From assembly GCA_964270895.1 (NCBI GenBank), contig OZ185436.1: 64,000 nucleotides of DNA. One strand, given 5' to 3'. Under the pieces are notes generated by a model. That model had not been told where the DNA came from and made no database searches. It was given only the letters and a program-made list of their open reading frames with translations. A program made the position numbers and the translations under genes. Positions 61,635 to 64,000 of this stretch are shown here, piece by piece (positions within the stretch are counted from its first letter, which is position 1; the number at the start of each line of letters is the position of its first letter). This DNA comes from Podarcis filfolensis (lineage: Eukaryota).

Positions 61635-61915
61635 TTAAAATTTCTGTACCACCCTTCATCCGAAGGTCACTGGGCATTTACAATATAAAAAACACAAAAA
61701 TACATACTATAATAAAAAATAAAAACAATAACCCCCACTCAGTTTAAAAGGCCATAGATTGTTTAATTAGCAAAAGGCCTGAGAGAAGAGAAATGTTTTT
61801 GCTGGTGCCTAGATATATGTAATAAAGGCAGGCGAGACTGCCTGGGGAGAGCATTAACAAGCAGGAAGCCACTGCAGAAAAGACCCATTTTTGTGCTGCT
61901 GCCCTCTGGACCTCT
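61635..61915 (-). mobile_element. L2 3' end (family of 42640)
   Basis: Reverse-complement similarity to 42640-42840. Confidence 0.55.
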
Positions 61916-61947
61916 TGCAAAAAAGGGGGGGGGGGCTTAGATGATGG

Positions 61948-62085
61948 CAAACCCTCCAAGTTTCCCTATTTTCCAGGGACATCCCTGATTTAGATAAGCC
62001 ATCCCAGTTTCTGATTTGAGCTCAGAATGTCCCACTTTTCCTTAGGAAGTACCTATTTTCACTGAAGAAATATTGGAGAGTATGG
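61948..62085 (-). mobile_element. Lizard MITE with AGGGACA-type internal repeats
   Basis: CCCTCCAAG..CCCTATTTTCCAGGGACATCCCTGATTT..ATGTCCCACTTTTCCTTAGGA..TTGGAGAGTATGG. Confidence 0.55.
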
Positions 62086-62828
62086 CATTGCCCCAGTGAA
62101 CAACCTAGCAACTGAATTCTATACCAGCTGAAGTTTTCAAACTGTCTTGAGTTTGGCAGATGAGGGATGGAGAGCTTTGTTCCTCATCCGAAGCATGTAT
62201 TTCTATGCCAGATGCAGTTGGGCAGGTACCAATAAAAGAATGGTGATCATAGAAAAGAATCCCATGTATCTTGAAAACTACTCAAAATATAGGAACACTC
62301 TGACCCCTTGTGGCTGAAGCTGTCCATTACAACTAGAAAAACAATATTGATACTGTAATACTTTGTGCATGGATATAGCAGAAGAAATAATAAAGAAAAC
62401 GCATAGATGTTTGAGGCCATGATAAACCACCAGAGTGACAATCAAATGAAAAAATGAGGATAGTCTCATTTTCAAATACTTCTATATTTGTATCACCAGT
62501 TTTGCTTTGGAAACATTTTCCTCCCATATATAATATGTTCTGTAATTATCACATATCAGGGCCTTGGAAAATGCTTATAAAGGTGCTTTACAAAATAGAC
62601 TGAAATCCTTTGCACAATCATTTGGGAATAAATCCCTTGAATTTAGAGGAGCTTAATTGGAACTCGACAGAAATATGGTCAAATTGAGACAGTTCAGCAA
62701 AGTGGTCATGTCAAGCAAAGGCATGTTTTTTGGTTATAATAATATTTATTTCAGTTTACTTACAGTGCATACATACCAACATATCATACTGTTTATCCAA
62801 TGCCAAGGCACTGATAGAAGATCCTAGT

Positions 62829-63326
62829 TGTCAGGAGTGAGCCAGCAGTAAACCACACTGTGCAAGTTGGACTCTTAATTAGCAAACACATGATCTGCGC
62901 AGGAGTGTAAGGTCTAATGAGTTCAATAAATCATCTCCAGCAGGTCTTCCCTCATGAAGCAGTCCCCACCTTCCCATAGCTGCCTAAGTCCCCTTCTCTC
63001 CAGGGTTTTTCCCCCAAGTAGTTGGAGGCAGTGTCTTCACATGGCTAATCTCTTCTCTTTTTATGCCTCTTCTGGTTCTGGCACAAAAAAGGATGAGGAG
63101 GCTTGTCACAGCAGAAGGAGGAGACTCCCATGACTCTTCACCAGCCTGACTCATCTCTGCTTCTTGACCTGCCTCCTCCCATTTTCCTTCTTCAGCTTCT
63201 GCCTCTGATTCTGGACTTCTCTCCACCACAGACTGCCACTCTCCCAGCTCACTAAGCCCTGTTACCTCTGGGCGCAGTACTCCCAGAGCTCATAAACTGC
63301 TTGCATTAATGAAATTCTCTGTCACA
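62829..63326 (-). mobile_element. Possible solo-LTR-like repeat
   Basis: 498 bp bounded by TG...CA (TGTGACA / CTGACA); purine-rich minus strand gives a spurious Glu-rich ORF; no matching TSD seen. Confidence 0.4.
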
Positions 63327-63740
63327 AAATGCACCTAGAACAATGGGAGTTTTGAATACTGCTTGGTGGTTCCCCAGCTGGTTTTTCTCATCATTCCTCT
63401 GCATCCAACCAGTCTGCATCTAACCACAAGTAGTTAAAATGAAAGTAGGGGATAGGAGAGCCATTTCCAGGAACTACATGCCATTTTCAAATCATAGCTA
63501 GGTTATCCACTATCAAACAATGAAAATGTAAGTCTGGAAATCAATTGCCTTCTGTATTCAGCTTTCATAAGTGCATAATTCAGCTCTTCAATTTCCCATC
63601 AGTTCAATTAAAAAATACCAGGGATGTTAAATCTTGATTCAGACTTTGGATAATTGTACAGTACTAACATAATGGGGGGGGGTGTGAAAGCATGTTGCAT
63701 TTGGTTTATTCATAATTGTTTGTTAAATTGACTACCACGA

Positions 63741-63812
63741 GACGGGAGTGCCTGGTGTGCTCTGGTTCATGGGGTCATAAAGAGTTAGACATGACTAAAC
63801 GACTAAACAAAA
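63741..63812 (+). mobile_element. BovB extreme 3' end
   Basis: GCCTGGTGTGCTCTGGTTCATGGGGTCATAAAGAGTTAGACATGACTAAACGACTAAACAA matches 28870-28935. Confidence 0.85.
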
Positions 63813-64000
63813 CCAACACCATGAGCAATGGCCAGGTTGCAGTTTCATGAAAGTTCCAGGAACAGAATTTGAATTTAGAACCTAGTTAGAAAACCAATTC
63901 ACCACAAGGTGTCATCAGATTTCAATGCATTTTTGTAGATTCCAAAGAACTGAGTAGAGGCTGGGAATGAGGAAGAGCAGATGGCTTGCTAACTAACAGC

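Noticed and set aside
62984-63229. Glu-rich 81-aa ORF as an exon of an upstream gene
   Set aside because: Low-complexity purine-rich repeat sequence, no convincing splice sites, no recognised protein.
56400-64000. 3' exons of RAD54L2, the upstream neighbour in mammals
   Set aside because: No ORF resembling it; the region is LINE/MITE fragments and AT-rich sequence. A distal 3' UTR cannot be excluded.

Overview
Vertebrate genomic DNA, most likely a squamate lizard of lacertid type, judged from Sauria SINEs, Squam-type SINEs, CR1, L2, BovB and lizard-style hAT/Tc1 MITEs. The window holds the 5' half of one protein-coding gene on the minus strand, TEX264 (ER-phagy receptor / p97-SPRTN cofactor). 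It includes a CpG-island promoter near 55.6-56.3 kb, a candidate non-coding exon 1 ending at 55851, coding exon 47993-48250 (ATG, TM anchor) and coding exon 7972-8193, separated by a 39.8-kb intron. The remaining exons are not in the window. Everything else is intronic or intergenic and rich in transposons. The most interesting non-annotated signals are: (1) a complete minimal type-I hammerhead ribozyme of Penelope-like origin in sense orientation in the TEX264 intron, abutted by a fold-back/G-rich repeat that could mask its stem I; (2) a 1.29-kb CpG-rich Tigger-like MITE built from nested palindromes, 54 nt from a TEX264 splice donor; (3) an RTE insertion whose 5' junction copied its own target flank into a 42-bp hairpin; (4) a young Rex1/Babar LINE fragment; (5) a young L1 fragment fused in frame to an ATG of its host MITE. 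No prokaryotic-type system (CRISPR, operon) is supported. Repeat family names come from recalled consensus motifs, not database searches, and boundaries of old repeats are approximate.
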